Of a stretch of DNA of 32,000 nt, positions 16,608 to 25,381 are shown piece by piece. Numbering within the stretch: the stretch's first letter is position 1; each line of letters starts with the position of its first letter. Both the position numbers and the translations under genes were made by a program. The stretch is from Bacillus subtilis subsp. subtilis str. 168 (GTDB taxonomy: Bacteria > Bacillota > Bacilli > Bacillales > Bacillaceae), in the NCBI RefSeq assembly GCF_000009045.1, contig NC_000964.3, positions 2,730,001-2,762,000 on the forward strand, read 5' to 3'. Under the pieces are notes generated by a model. The model had not been told where the DNA came from. It did not search any database and saw nothing but the letters and a program-made list of their open reading frames with translations.

Positions 16608-17711
16608 ATGGTCAAGACGAATGTAACAATCATGAGAGGCGGAACAAGCAAAGGCGTTTTTTTCCACGAATCAGCCATGCCTAACAATAAAAACGAATGG
16701 GAGCCCTTTTTGCTTGATGTCATGGGAAGTCCTGATAAAAGACAAATAGATGGTTTGGGTGGCGGTAATTCCCTTACTAGTAAAGTGGCAATAATAAAGA
16801 AAGCATATACTTCGGATATTGATGTTCACTATACTTTCGGTCAAGTCAGCATTTCGGAAGAAAAGGTGGACTTTAAGGGGAACTGCGGAAATATCTCCGC
16901 TGCTGTTGGTCCATTTGCTATTGAAGAAGGACTTGTAAAAGCGAAAGAACCAATGACTGCGGTAAGGATCCTGAATACCAATACGAATAAAATGATCATT
17001 GCGGAAGTAGAAGTGGAAGACGGTCAGGTCAAATATGACGGAGATGTTACGATATCTGGAGTACCTGGATCTGGATCTCCAATCTATTTAAACTTTCATG
17101 ATGCCGCTGGTTCAGTTACCGGTCATTTATTGCCTACTGGAAATAGTTCGGAGTTTTTAGATACAAGTCAAGGCCAAATAGAGGTGTCTATTATCGACTA
17201 TGCAAATCCATTAGTTTTTGTGGAAGCGAGCAGTATCGGCCTGGATGGAACGGAACTTGCAGAAGAATTTACTGATCTACAGTTGGCTCAATTTGAAGAA
17301 TTAAGATCCATTGCGGCAGAGAAATGCGGCTTTGCCAGTCGATTTTCAGCTACAAAGTTATCGCCGGCTGTCCCCAAACTGGCTATAGTAGCAAAACCAG
17401 AGAAATATAAAGATAGTACAGGTGCTTGGCATTCAAGCGTTGAGATGGACTTACACATCAGGATGATGTCCATGCAAAAGCCACATCAAGCACTGGCTGT
17501 CACTGGAGCGATATGTACAACAAGAGCCCTTTCAGTGGAAGGTGCAATCCCTGCAAGAATAGCAAAAAACCACTCTACAAAGGTTCGGCTAGCTCATTCT
17601 TCTGGTATTATTGAAACAATGGTGGAGCCCACTGGTATAAAGATCGTCCGTACCGCACGACGTATTATGGACGGAACAGTTTATACGCATGGAGACTATC
17701 AAATGATGTAG
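16608..17711 (+). CDS. yraM: PrpF-family isomerase (methylaconitate/aconitate isomerase-like), 367 aa
   Basis: MRGGTSKGVFF N-terminus and FKGNCGNISAAVGPFA, the PrpF / diaminopimelate-epimerase-fold active-site region. GAGGA RBS lies before the ATG at 16608. Confidence 0.85.
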   Translation: MVKTNVTIMRGGTSKGVFFHESAMPNNKNEWEPFLLDVMGSPDKRQIDGLGGGNSLTSKVAIIKKAYTSDIDVHYTFGQVSISEEKVDFKGNCGNISAAVGPFAIEEGLVKAKEPMTAVRILNTNTNKMIIAEVEVEDGQVKYDGDVTISGVPGSGSPIYLNFHDAAGSVTGHLLPTGNSSEFLDTSQGQIEVSIIDYANPLVFVEASSIGLDGTELAEEFTDLQLAQFEELRSIAAEKCGFASRFSATKLSPAVPKLAIVAKPEKYKDSTGAWHSSVEMDLHIRMMSMQKPHQALAVTGAICTTRALSVEGAIPARIAKNHSTKVRLAHSSGIIETMVEPTGIKIVRTARRIMDGTVYTHGDYQMM

Positions 17712-17913
17712 ATGGACTGTGCAAAAAGCCTCCCCCCTTTCCATCGTTAATAGATGGATTGAATGCGCCTTCTTGCACAGATCCATTGTAATCTTGCATG
17801 GCTTTAAAAAAGCCTCTATATTGTTTTTTATGAAATCGCCAAGGTCCTTTCATGTATCTGCCTCAAGCATGACATAATCATTATAGAGAAAATTGAATAC
17901 TTTTTACTGCAAA

Positions 17914-17945
17914 TAAAAAGATACCAACATCATTGGTATCTTTTA
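17914..17945. terminator. Bidirectional terminator shared by yraM and csn
   Basis: AAAAGATACCAA-CATCA-TTGGTATCTTTT. Confidence 0.75.
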
Positions 17946-17983
17946 GATTGAGTTCATCTGCAGCGGTTTCTTTTCCTCACTGC

Positions 17984-18817
17984 TTATTTGATTACAAAAT
18001 TACCGTACTCGTTTGAACGAACATGAATCGGTCCGTTTAGATTATAGTTGTTCTCCTTGGCGATAGAGCGAAGCACGTCCACACGGGCAACTGATTCTCT
18101 CCATTCGTCACGGGTGTCATGATTGGCCGGATTCATCAGATCGTCATAGCGTACGTCCAAGAATTTATTCAACCACTTCTTCTCGTCTATTCCGTCTTTA
18201 GGTGATCCGCCCGCTTTTTTGTTCGTACGTTTAATCAAGGCATAAAAAGAGTCAGGGTCATCACCATCGCCATGCTGAATAACCGTATCGTACATCACAG
18301 CTCTTGCCAATGCTGTTTTTAGTCCGGCATTATCCGATCGTTTCATGGCAGGCTGATAATACAAATGGTCATTTACTTTGTCTTGAGCGGCGCGAAATTC
18401 CTTATCATTTGCAAGCGACTTCCAGGCAGAAGCGAATCCCTTGAGATTGCTTGTATCATCGCTTTCTTCCTTGGCCAGACGGCGCAATTCAGGCAGATAC
18501 TTTTTCAGTTTGTTATTCGGAACTGCCTTTGTGTATACTTCCACTACTTCCAATGCATCCCCGGTAGCCGTTGTAAAGCCTGCCCGTCCGCATGTATAGC
18601 CTCGCCCGTCATCCAATCGCTCTACATATCCATATTGGATCTCCGTTGTGCCGTTTTCAAAGATACTTGTCAGCTGTTCCGCCCGGCGCTTTTGATCTTT
18701 ATTCAGTCCCGCCGCAAAAACCGTTTCGCTCATCATCAGGGTAAAAAACATGGTGAAAACAAGTAATGAGATCGCTGCTTTTTTCCAAAAATCTGCTTTT
18801 TGCATACTGATTTTCAT
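17984..18817 (-). CDS. csn: Secreted chitosanase, glycoside hydrolase family 46 (277 aa)
   Basis: Signal peptide ..SETVFA|AGL, the GH46 catalytic region (SIFENGTTEIQYGYVERLDDGRGYTCGRAGFTT) and overall B. subtilis Csn character. Confidence 0.9.
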   Translation of the reverse strand: MKISMQKADFWKKAAISLLVFTMFFTLMMSETVFAAGLNKDQKRRAEQLTSIFENGTTEIQYGYVERLDDGRGYTCGRAGFTTATGDALEVVEVYTKAVPNNKLKKYLPELRRLAKEESDDTSNLKGFASAWKSLANDKEFRAAQDKVNDHLYYQPAMKRSDNAGLKTALARAVMYDTVIQHGDGDDPDSFYALIKRTNKKAGGSPKDGIDEKKWLNKFLDVRYDDLMNPANHDTRDEWRESVARVDVLRSIAKENNYNLNGPIHVRSNEYGNFVIK

Positions 18818-19259
18818 TTCACTTCCCCTTTCTAAATATTGTAAATACAGACTCAGTATACATGAAGAAACTGCCCTATTGTTGAAAATACATCAATTTG
18901 TCAATATTTTGAATCTAAAGTAATATAGCTTGAATCTTACTCTATTCATTGCCAATCAGCCTTAGCCCCTCTCACTGGGAAGGTCCCTTGATTTTCATAC
19001 TGCTTCAACTTTCATTAACAAGATGCCATAAGGCTTTACTCTATTTTATAATGGAAGTGATCATCGAAAATCGTTAGGGAGGTGATGTAATGGCAAGCAA
19101 GATGAGAATGCCAGATTCCGCAACGTCCCATGCAAAGCCTACTATTGGGAAGGCGATACTTTGCATGGGGTAGACTTTCTAAAAGATCGCCCAAGTAAGC
19201 TTTTCTGATATAGTGGCTTTGCACCTTATTTGACATAAAAAAATAAGGAGCTGGCAGAA

Positions 19260-19523
19260 ATGGCATATGTAAAAGCAACCGCTATTTTACCTGAAAAGCT
19301 GATATCGGAAATTCAAAAGTATGTTCAAGGAAAAACAATATATATCCCTAAACCTGAATCCTCTCATCAAAAATGGGGTGCGTGTTCAGGAACAAGAAAG
19401 CTGATCGATGACAGAAACGCTTCTATTAAAAAAGCATTTAAAAACGGCAAAACCATTCATCAATTATCTGATGAATATCACCTCTCTATTGAAACAATAA
19501 AAAAAATTGTCTACTCTAAATAA
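19260..19523 (+). CDS. yraL: Small HTH protein (Mor / CD3324-like family), 87 aa
   Basis: Pattern ..ILPEKLISEIQKYVQGKTIYIPKPE....WG..SGTR..I..RN..I.... plus a C-terminal HTH (IHQLSDEYHLSIETIKKIV). AAGGAG RBS. Confidence 0.75.
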   Translation: MAYVKATAILPEKLISEIQKYVQGKTIYIPKPESSHQKWGACSGTRKLIDDRNASIKKAFKNGKTIHQLSDEYHLSIETIKKIVYSK

Positions 19524-19531
19524 ACAAAACG

Positions 19532-19562
19532 GAAGCACTGATAAAAAATAATCAGTGCTTTT
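19532..19562 (+). terminator. Terminator after yraL
   Basis: AAGCACTGAT / ATCAGTGCTT 10-bp stem followed by T5. Confidence 0.8.
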
Positions 19563-19659
19563 TATATGGCGAGTTTGTTTCTTAGTTATTTCCTGCATAT
19601 GATACCATTGGCCAATTGTGTAAAGTTAAGGGAGATGAGAAGAAAGGAAGGTCCTACAA

Positions 19660-20475
19660 ATGACGATAAACAATGGAACGTTGCAAGTACCCGGCGCGAA
19701 CATCCACTATCAGGTGCGTGGCTCTGGTCCAATCATTCTTTTGGTCCACGGAGGAGGCGGTGATGCCGACAAGTTCCATCATGTTGCCAATCATCTGGCT
19801 AACTGGTACACGGTTGTTACTTATGATCGCCGCGGCCATTCCCGCAGCAATCTCGCCAATCAGATTGAGGGTTACCGTGTGGAAACACACAGTGACGATG
19901 CTCACCGTCTTCTAGCCAAAATCACCAATAAGCCGGCCTATGTATTTGGAAGCAGCTCCGGGGCTGTTATCGGGCTTGATCTGTGCATACGCCATCCCGA
20001 ACAAGTACATGTCATGATCCCACACGAACCAATCTTATTGCAGCTTCTGCATGGAAATGAGCTGAAACAAGCCGAGCAATTCATGGAAGACCTTAAGAAA
20101 AATCATCGAAGTGAAGTCATTAAATTAATGTCAAGATTAGAGACAGACGAACAATCAAAGGCTGTCCTGACAAAGCGGCTTCTCGGCAATTCAACGTATT
20201 TCACTGAGTATGAAATTCAAGGAATTCTCAGCTATACATTAGATTTCGAAGCATTAAAAACTGTGTTTACATCTTCACCGATGAAGATACTCCCAGCTGG
20301 CGGAAGTGCTTCTCGGGAGCTTTTTCCTTATCGTTGCGCGAACGCCCTAGCGGAACAATTGGAAACAGAATGGGTTGAATTCCCCGGAAATCATACGGGG
20401 TACACAATGTACCATAAAGAATTTTCTGAGAGGTTACACGACATGTTAGAAAAAGAAAAGAAACATACGTGTTAA
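19660..20475 (+). CDS. yraK: Alpha/beta-fold hydrolase (271 aa)
   Basis: HGGGGD oxyanion region, nucleophile elbow GSSSG and C-terminal GNH (catalytic His). AAAGGAAGG RBS. Confidence 0.85.
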   Translation: MTINNGTLQVPGANIHYQVRGSGPIILLVHGGGGDADKFHHVANHLANWYTVVTYDRRGHSRSNLANQIEGYRVETHSDDAHRLLAKITNKPAYVFGSSSGAVIGLDLCIRHPEQVHVMIPHEPILLQLLHGNELKQAEQFMEDLKKNHRSEVIKLMSRLETDEQSKAVLTKRLLGNSTYFTEYEIQGILSYTLDFEALKTVFTSSPMKILPAGGSASRELFPYRCANALAEQLETEWVEFPGNHTGYTMYHKEFSERLHDMLEKEKKHTC

Positions 20476-20797
20476 GGATTGATTAAAATTTTCAAAATAG
20501 GACAGGTGAAACTAACTATGGAATTGGAGAAGATTTCACGAAGCGTAAAAAGAACTTTTCACTAACGAGAACGCAATGTGAGATGTTTAACCAAAGTGAT
20601 ATTAGGGATTTCATCGAAAAATAGGTTTGTACATTACGTTCTCCTATTGATTATTTCCTATCTTAATTCCGTATTTTATACCATTAGATACAACTCTAAA
20701 GCGGCTCGTTATTTTGTCCTCAACAACAACCAGTGTCTAACATCATGAATCTCTTTTGAAAATCACCACAAATGCAGGTATGGAAGACTTCATCGCA

Positions 20798-20833
20798 GCA
20801 AAAACCATACCAACTATTGTTGTTGGTATGGTT
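20798..20833 (-). terminator. Terminator downstream of yraJ
   Basis: 12-bp perfect stem AACCATACCAAC / GTTGGTATGGTT with a 7-nt loop and a T-run on the minus strand. Confidence 0.75.
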
Positions 20834-20882
20834 CGTCCTAGATAGGCCCTTAAGAAGAGATTCTATTGTACGGAGTATTTAG

Positions 20883-21245
20883 CTAATTGCATTTGTAACC
20901 GACAGGGCCGTCTGAACCTGTGTACACATATGTGTCAGACACATATCCAATATTCACGACACCCCGGGAATCTTTCCACTGGATTTGGTCCCAGATATTA
21001 CTCGTTCCATACTTCCCTGTAACAGTCGTTCCATAAGCGTAACAATAATAAGGAACACGGGAGCCACTCGGAATGGAAAGCATAATAGGATAATTTGTAC
21101 CAGGACCGCTGCGCATATTGACAGGCGCACCGCTGCTTGTTGAGACAGTAAAGTACTGAACGGCAAGTGCCTGACTGGAAAAAATGAATAAAGATGCAAT
21201 CATCACGGTTAACATACTCAGCATTTTCAGTTTAGTCAATGTCAT
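20883..21245 (-). CDS. yraJ: Secreted SH3b-like domain protein
   Basis: Signal peptide ..IFSSQALA|VQ, then a bacterial SH3-like segment (VSTSSGAPVNMRSGPGTNYPI..IPSGSRV). By alignment with yraI, the TTG at 21239 (6 nt after AGAGGG) may be the true start. Confidence 0.8.
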   Translation of the reverse strand: MTLTKLKMLSMLTVMIASLFIFSSQALAVQYFTVSTSSGAPVNMRSGPGTNYPIMLSIPSGSRVPYYCYAYGTTVTGKYGTSNIWDQIQWKDSRGVVNIGYVSDTYVYTGSDGPVGYKCN

Positions 21246-21291
21246 CCCTCTTTCTTCAATTCCTTCATTTTAAGAAACGATAGAACATAGG

Positions 21292-21651
21292 CTACCAGCT
21301 GCATTTAGGAACAACCGGACCGTCTGAGCCTGTATACATATATGTATCAGAGACAAATCCAGGAACGATCTCCCCGCTGGCAAGCGTCCGCTCTGTGTAA
21401 TTCCAAATATTGCTCGTTCCATACTTTCCAGTTACAGTTGTACCGGTTTTGTAGCAATAGATCGGGATGCGGGTTCCGCTCGGAATGGTCGTTACAATTC
21501 CCCAACTTGTACCTGGGCCGCTGCGCATGTTGACAGGAGCACCGCTGCTTGTTGAAACCGTATAATACTGAGCCGCAAGTGCATGGCTAGAAAAAATGAA
21601 CACAGATGCAATCATCACCGTTAGCATACTTAGCCTCTTTAACTTATTCAC
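21292..21651 (-). CDS. yraI: Secreted SH3b-like domain protein, tandem paralog of yraJ (119 aa from GTG)
   Basis: AAGGGGAGGG RBS precedes the GTG at 21651. Signal peptide ..IFSSHALA|AQ. The mature part is highly similar to YraJ. Confidence 0.8.
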   Translation of the reverse strand: MNKLKRLSMLTVMIASVFIFSSHALAAQYYTVSTSSGAPVNMRSGPGTSWGIVTTIPSGTRIPIYCYKTGTTVTGKYGTSNIWNYTERTLASGEIVPGFVSDTYMYTGSDGPVVPKCSW

Positions 21652-22166
21652 CTTATACCCTCCCCTTATAAATGCCGTACGTTTGACTTTCTTACATCCA
21701 GTTAAGGATTTACTTTCAGATACCATGCCCCCTCCCCTCCCATATATTTATCAATGTACCATAAACTAGATCTTTCAAAAGTGGAATTATTCCTATGTTT
21801 TCGACAATTAAGGATACAAAATAAATGGTAGTCAGGCTTGATATTGATGGTGTGTTACATTTGGCTCTTAATCATTTGTCCAGTCGGTAATCACGATTGA
21901 CAATCAGGAAAAAGGACATGGATCAAGCGGCTTCGTTTCCACCAATTAACTCAATCAGTGTACTGCTTCCTTGTATCCACGCTTCTTCTCGATTCATAGA
22001 TACTCCACCTTTTTCACCAATCAAAAACGGACACCATACAAATCAGCGTAAATGCTGCAAGTTCAGTGTCCGCAACCTATTATGACTTTGCTTTCTTTTA
22101 CCAGGGCGTGTAAAAATGATTAGGTACGTTATCAAACGTTATTCTATGATTTTGCGAGTCAAAAAA

Positions 22167-22553
22167 TCATAACATTTTATATATTTCAATCAGATTATGA
22201 TCTGGATCTCTGAAGTGAGCAACTCGGGCACTCCATTCCTTGCGATCATGCGGTTTATTCTCACATTTAACTCCTTTTTCGTGTAAATCGTCATACGTTT
22301 TATCAACATCTTCTACCTTAAACTGAAGCAAAAATTTTGATTGAGCTTCTCCTTCCAAGGACTTTTTTTCCTCTCCAACGATTTCAGCCATCGTTTCTCG
22401 AGATAAAAGCTCTATTTTCGTTTCCCCATTATCAAAGAGTGCATATTCCATTTCATTCTCTAACCAACTTATTGGAAGTCCTAATGAATCTTTATAAAAC
22501 TCGACGCTTTTCTTAAAATCATTCACCAACAGTCTAATTTGTAACAGCTTCAT
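22167..22553 (-). CDS. yraH: VOC / glyoxalase-bleomycin resistance family protein (128 aa)
   Basis: Typical VOC beta-alpha-beta-beta-beta modules (IRLLVNDFKKSVEFYKDSLGL ... HFRDPDHNLIEIY). GGAGG RBS. Confidence 0.85.
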   Translation of the reverse strand: MKLLQIRLLVNDFKKSVEFYKDSLGLPISWLENEMEYALFDNGETKIELLSRETMAEIVGEEKKSLEGEAQSKFLLQFKVEDVDKTYDDLHEKGVKCENKPHDRKEWSARVAHFRDPDHNLIEIYKML

Positions 22554-22801
22554 ATCGAGTGCCTCCTATAAAACCATACTTTTACTGGTCATCCAATTTA
22601 ATGATACCAAAGAAACCTGACAGCACTATGTCAAGTTTCCATACTTCACCCTTATTTCAGATTTAAGTGCAGTTTAGTCCATGTCATAAGAACGAGCAAA
22701 AACAGCGATTCTTAAAACAAAAAATGATACCGAGTGTATTTTCTGTATGCTTCAACTTCATTTCGGGAAATGTAACGTTGATAAAAGGAGGTTACATCAA
22801 T

Positions 22802-23047
22802 ATGGATCATCAAACATTGGCAGCTCATGAGGCTGTTGACTTACATGAAATCGTGAACTTTAAAACACTTTGTATAGCGAAATCAAAGTTAATGCAAGGG
22901 CTTGTGTTTGACCAAGAACTGAAGGACTTGATGGAAAAAGATGTACAGCAATCCATTCAAGACCTTACTGAATTACAAGCGGTTTATGAGCGTGCCTCAT
23001 TTCAGGCCCCTGTCCCTCAAAGCCGCCCAACGCCAATCATCAATTGA
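22802..23047 (+). CDS. yraG: Small CotF-related protein (81 aa)
   Basis: AAAGGAGG RBS lies before the ATG at 22802. It is a paralog of YraE (HE..DLHEIVNFKTLCIAKSKLMQGLVFDQELKDLMEKDV). Confidence 0.8.
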   Translation: MDHQTLAAHEAVDLHEIVNFKTLCIAKSKLMQGLVFDQELKDLMEKDVQQSIQDLTELQAVYERASFQAPVPQSRPTPIIN

Positions 23048-23064
23048 AAGGGAGGTAAGCCTCT

Positions 23065-23433
23065 TTGAATAATGATCATTTAGACCCCATTAATTCGCTG
23101 AATGTGCCTGAACTAGCAGACACTACATTCGCGATGGATTTTCTTATACGAGCTAAGGAAGGCGTAAGGAATACTGCTGTAGCTTTGACAGAAACCGCTT
23201 CACCAGATGTAAGAGCACTGCTTCGGAAACAGCTGATGCAAGGAATTGCGATGCACCAAGAGATTACGGAACTGATGATCAGCAAAAAGTGGTTCCATCC
23301 ATATGAGCTGAGCGAACAGTATAAGCTGGATCAGCTCTCTGCAAAAAACACGATCATGGTCGGCAATATGAACCTCTTTCCTGATGAAACAAATCGCAAA
23401 GGGATGTTTGACCGGACACCTGATGAACACTAA
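23065..23433 (+). CDS. yraF: Spore coat protein F (Coat_F) domain protein (122 aa, TTG start)
   Basis: [35 protein letters not shown]...[17 protein letters not shown] is Coat_F-like, and it is a paralog of YraD. AAGGGAGG RBS. Confidence 0.8.
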
Positions 23434-23451
23434 CACTGGAGGTTTTACAGC

Positions 23452-24588
23452 ATGAAGGCAGTAACGTATCAAGGCATTAAAAATGTTGTTGTCAAAGATG
23501 TCCCCGATCCAAAGATTGAAAAATCCGATGACATGATTATCAAAGTCACCAGTACAGCCATTTGCGGATCAGATTTACATTTAATCCATGGATTCATTCC
23601 GAATATGCAAGAAGACTATGTCATCGGCCATGAACCGATGGGAATCGTCGAAGAAGTTGGTTCTGGGGTGACTAAACTAAAAAAGGGAGATCGGGTAATT
23701 ATTCCCTTTAATATAGCATGCGGGGAATGCTTTTTTTGTAAAAACCAGCTGGAAAGCCAATGTGATCAGTCTAATGACAATGGGGAAATGGGTGCTTATT
23801 TCGGCTATTCAGGGCAAACTGGCGGTTATCCAGGCGGGCAAGCTGAATATTTAAGAGTGCCGTTTGCGAATTTTACCCATTTTAAAATCCCTGAATCTTG
23901 TGAGGAACCCGATGAGAAATTAAGCGTGATTGCCGATGCCATGACCACCGGCTTTTGGAGTGTGGATAATGCCGGCGTAAAAAAAGGCGATACAGTTATC
24001 GTTCTCGGCTGCGGACCAGTCGGCCTGTTTGCTCAAAAGTTTTGTTGGCTAAAAGGCGCAAAACGCGTCATAGCAGTTGACTATGTAAACTATCGCTTAC
24101 AGCATGCGAAACGTACAAACAAAGTAGAAATCGTTAATTTTGAAGACCATGAGAATACAGGGAATTATTTAAAGGAAATCACGAAAGGCGGAGCGGATGT
24201 AGTCATTGACGCTGTTGGGATGGATGGTAAAATGAGCGATCTCGAGTTCCTTGCCAGCGGCTTAAAGCTTCATGGCGGAACGATGAGTGCATTGGTCATT
24301 GCTTCCCAAGCTGTTCGCAAAGGAGGAACCATACAAATTACAGGTGTGTATGGAGGCAGATATAACGGTTTTCCGTTAGGAGATATTATGCAGCGAAACG
24401 TCAATATACGCTCTGGACAGGCTCCAGTGATCCACTATATGCCGTACATGTTTGAACTAGTATCGACAGGCAAAATTGATCCGGGAGATGTTGTCAGCCA
24501 TGTCCTGCCGCTTAGTGAAGCCAAGCATGGCTATGACATTTTTGATTCAAAAATGGATGATTGTATCAAAGTTGTGTTAAAGCCTTAA
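23452..24588 (+). CDS. adhB: Zn-dependent medium-chain alcohol/formaldehyde dehydrogenase-like enzyme (378 aa)
   Basis: Catalytic Zn ligands (CGSDLH, GHEPMGIVEEVG), structural Zn cluster (CGECFFCKNQLESQC) and Rossmann motif GCGPVG. Confidence 0.9.
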   Translation: MKAVTYQGIKNVVVKDVPDPKIEKSDDMIIKVTSTAICGSDLHLIHGFIPNMQEDYVIGHEPMGIVEEVGSGVTKLKKGDRVIIPFNIACGECFFCKNQLESQCDQSNDNGEMGAYFGYSGQTGGYPGGQAEYLRVPFANFTHFKIPESCEEPDEKLSVIADAMTTGFWSVDNAGVKKGDTVIVLGCGPVGLFAQKFCWLKGAKRVIAVDYVNYRLQHAKRTNKVEIVNFEDHENTGNYLKEITKGGADVVIDAVGMDGKMSDLEFLASGLKLHGGTMSALVIASQAVRKGGTIQITGVYGGRYNGFPLGDIMQRNVNIRSGQAPVIHYMPYMFELVSTGKIDPGDVVSHVLPLSEAKHGYDIFDSKMDDCIKVVLKP

Positions 24589-24606
24589 AAAACGGAGGTT
24601 ACAGAA

Positions 24607-24804
24607 ATGGAATACGCCTTACACGAAGTGCTTGAGGTTCAGGAAATGACTGCATTTAAGACACTTTGTTTGACGAAATCTAAAACAATGAAAGCACTGG
24701 TATCTGATCCGAAGCTGAAAGAAATCATGCAGCAAGATGTTGATATCACCACACGCCAGTTGCAGGAATTTGCCTCTATTTTATCTAATGCAAAGCAAGA
24801 ATGA
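24607..24804 (+). CDS. yraE: Small CotF-related protein (65 aa), paralog of YraG
   Basis: HEVLEVQEMTAFKTLCLTKSKTMKALVSDPKLKEIMQQDV aligns with YraG. GGAGG RBS. Confidence 0.8.
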   Translation: MEYALHEVLEVQEMTAFKTLCLTKSKTMKALVSDPKLKEIMQQDVDITTRQLQEFASILSNAKQE

Positions 24805-24819
24805 GGAGATGAATAAATC

Positions 24820-25119
24820 ATGAATCCTATCATAGAATATCTGACTGGCATGAATGTTCTAACAGACCAAATCATTGCTATGGACTTATTAATTTCAGCA
24901 AAGAACGGAGTCAGAAATTATGCGATGGCAGCCACTGAAGCCGGAACGCCTGAAGTAAAAGAGGTCCTTATCCGCCATTTGGAAGAAGCACTCGATATGC
25001 ACGAACAACTCTCAAGCTATATGATGGAAAAAGGCTGGTACCATCCTTGGAACCCTGACGAACAAGTCAAGCTGAATTTAAAAAATATTGATACAGCCAT
25101 TCAATTGCCAACCCTTTAA
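24820..25119 (+). CDS. yraD: Coat_F domain protein (99 aa), paralog of YraF
   Basis: AMDLLISAKNGVRNYAMAATEAGTPEVKEVLIRHL...HEQLSSYMMEKGWYHPW aligns with YraF. GAGGAG RBS. Confidence 0.8.
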   Translation: MNPIIEYLTGMNVLTDQIIAMDLLISAKNGVRNYAMAATEAGTPEVKEVLIRHLEEALDMHEQLSSYMMEKGWYHPWNPDEQVKLNLKNIDTAIQLPTL

Positions 25120-25136
25120 CATACAATGACTGATTT

Positions 25137-25176
25137 GCTGAGGAACAGTATTGATTGGCCACAACTGTTCCTCAGC
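25137..25176. terminator. 13-bp perfect hairpin between the convergent yraD and adhR genes
   Basis: GCTGAGGAACAGT / ACTGTTCCTCAGC with a 14-nt loop. There is no clear U-tract, so terminator efficiency is uncertain. Confidence 0.5.
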
Positions 25177-25381
25177 TTCAAAATGAGCACTGTTTGTTCG
25201 GGTCCTATGACCGTAAATAGATTAACCGCTTTTCTCCATCTGATCTCCGATAATGTTTGCAAATTCTCCAATCCAAATAAGGAATCGTAACCACCTCTTT
25301 TTATGCGATCTCTTGATGGAGAAAACAGGCCAGAAACAAAATCCTTCGTTTTTGACCTGCCCTCTTCACACGCAAAGAATG

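Noticed and set aside
16520-16723. 67-aa minus-strand ORF across the yraN/yraM spacer
   Set aside because: It overlaps the yraM start and the AT-rich divergent promoter region, and it has no RBS.
17665-17853. 62-aa minus-strand ORF (MKGPWRFHKKQYRGFFKAMQDYNG...) with GAGG 7 nt upstream
   Set aside because: Its 3' end overlaps the yraM coding end. I recognise no family, and no clear promoter is present. It is kept as a remote possibility only.
19036-19278. 80-aa minus-strand ORF overlapping the yraL start
   Set aside because: It lies in the csn/yraL divergent regulatory region, has no RBS and is not protein-like.
21897-22085. 62-aa plus-strand ORF between yraI and yraH
   Set aside because: It has a TTG start with no RBS, sits in a region flanked by minus-strand genes, and has no family resemblance.
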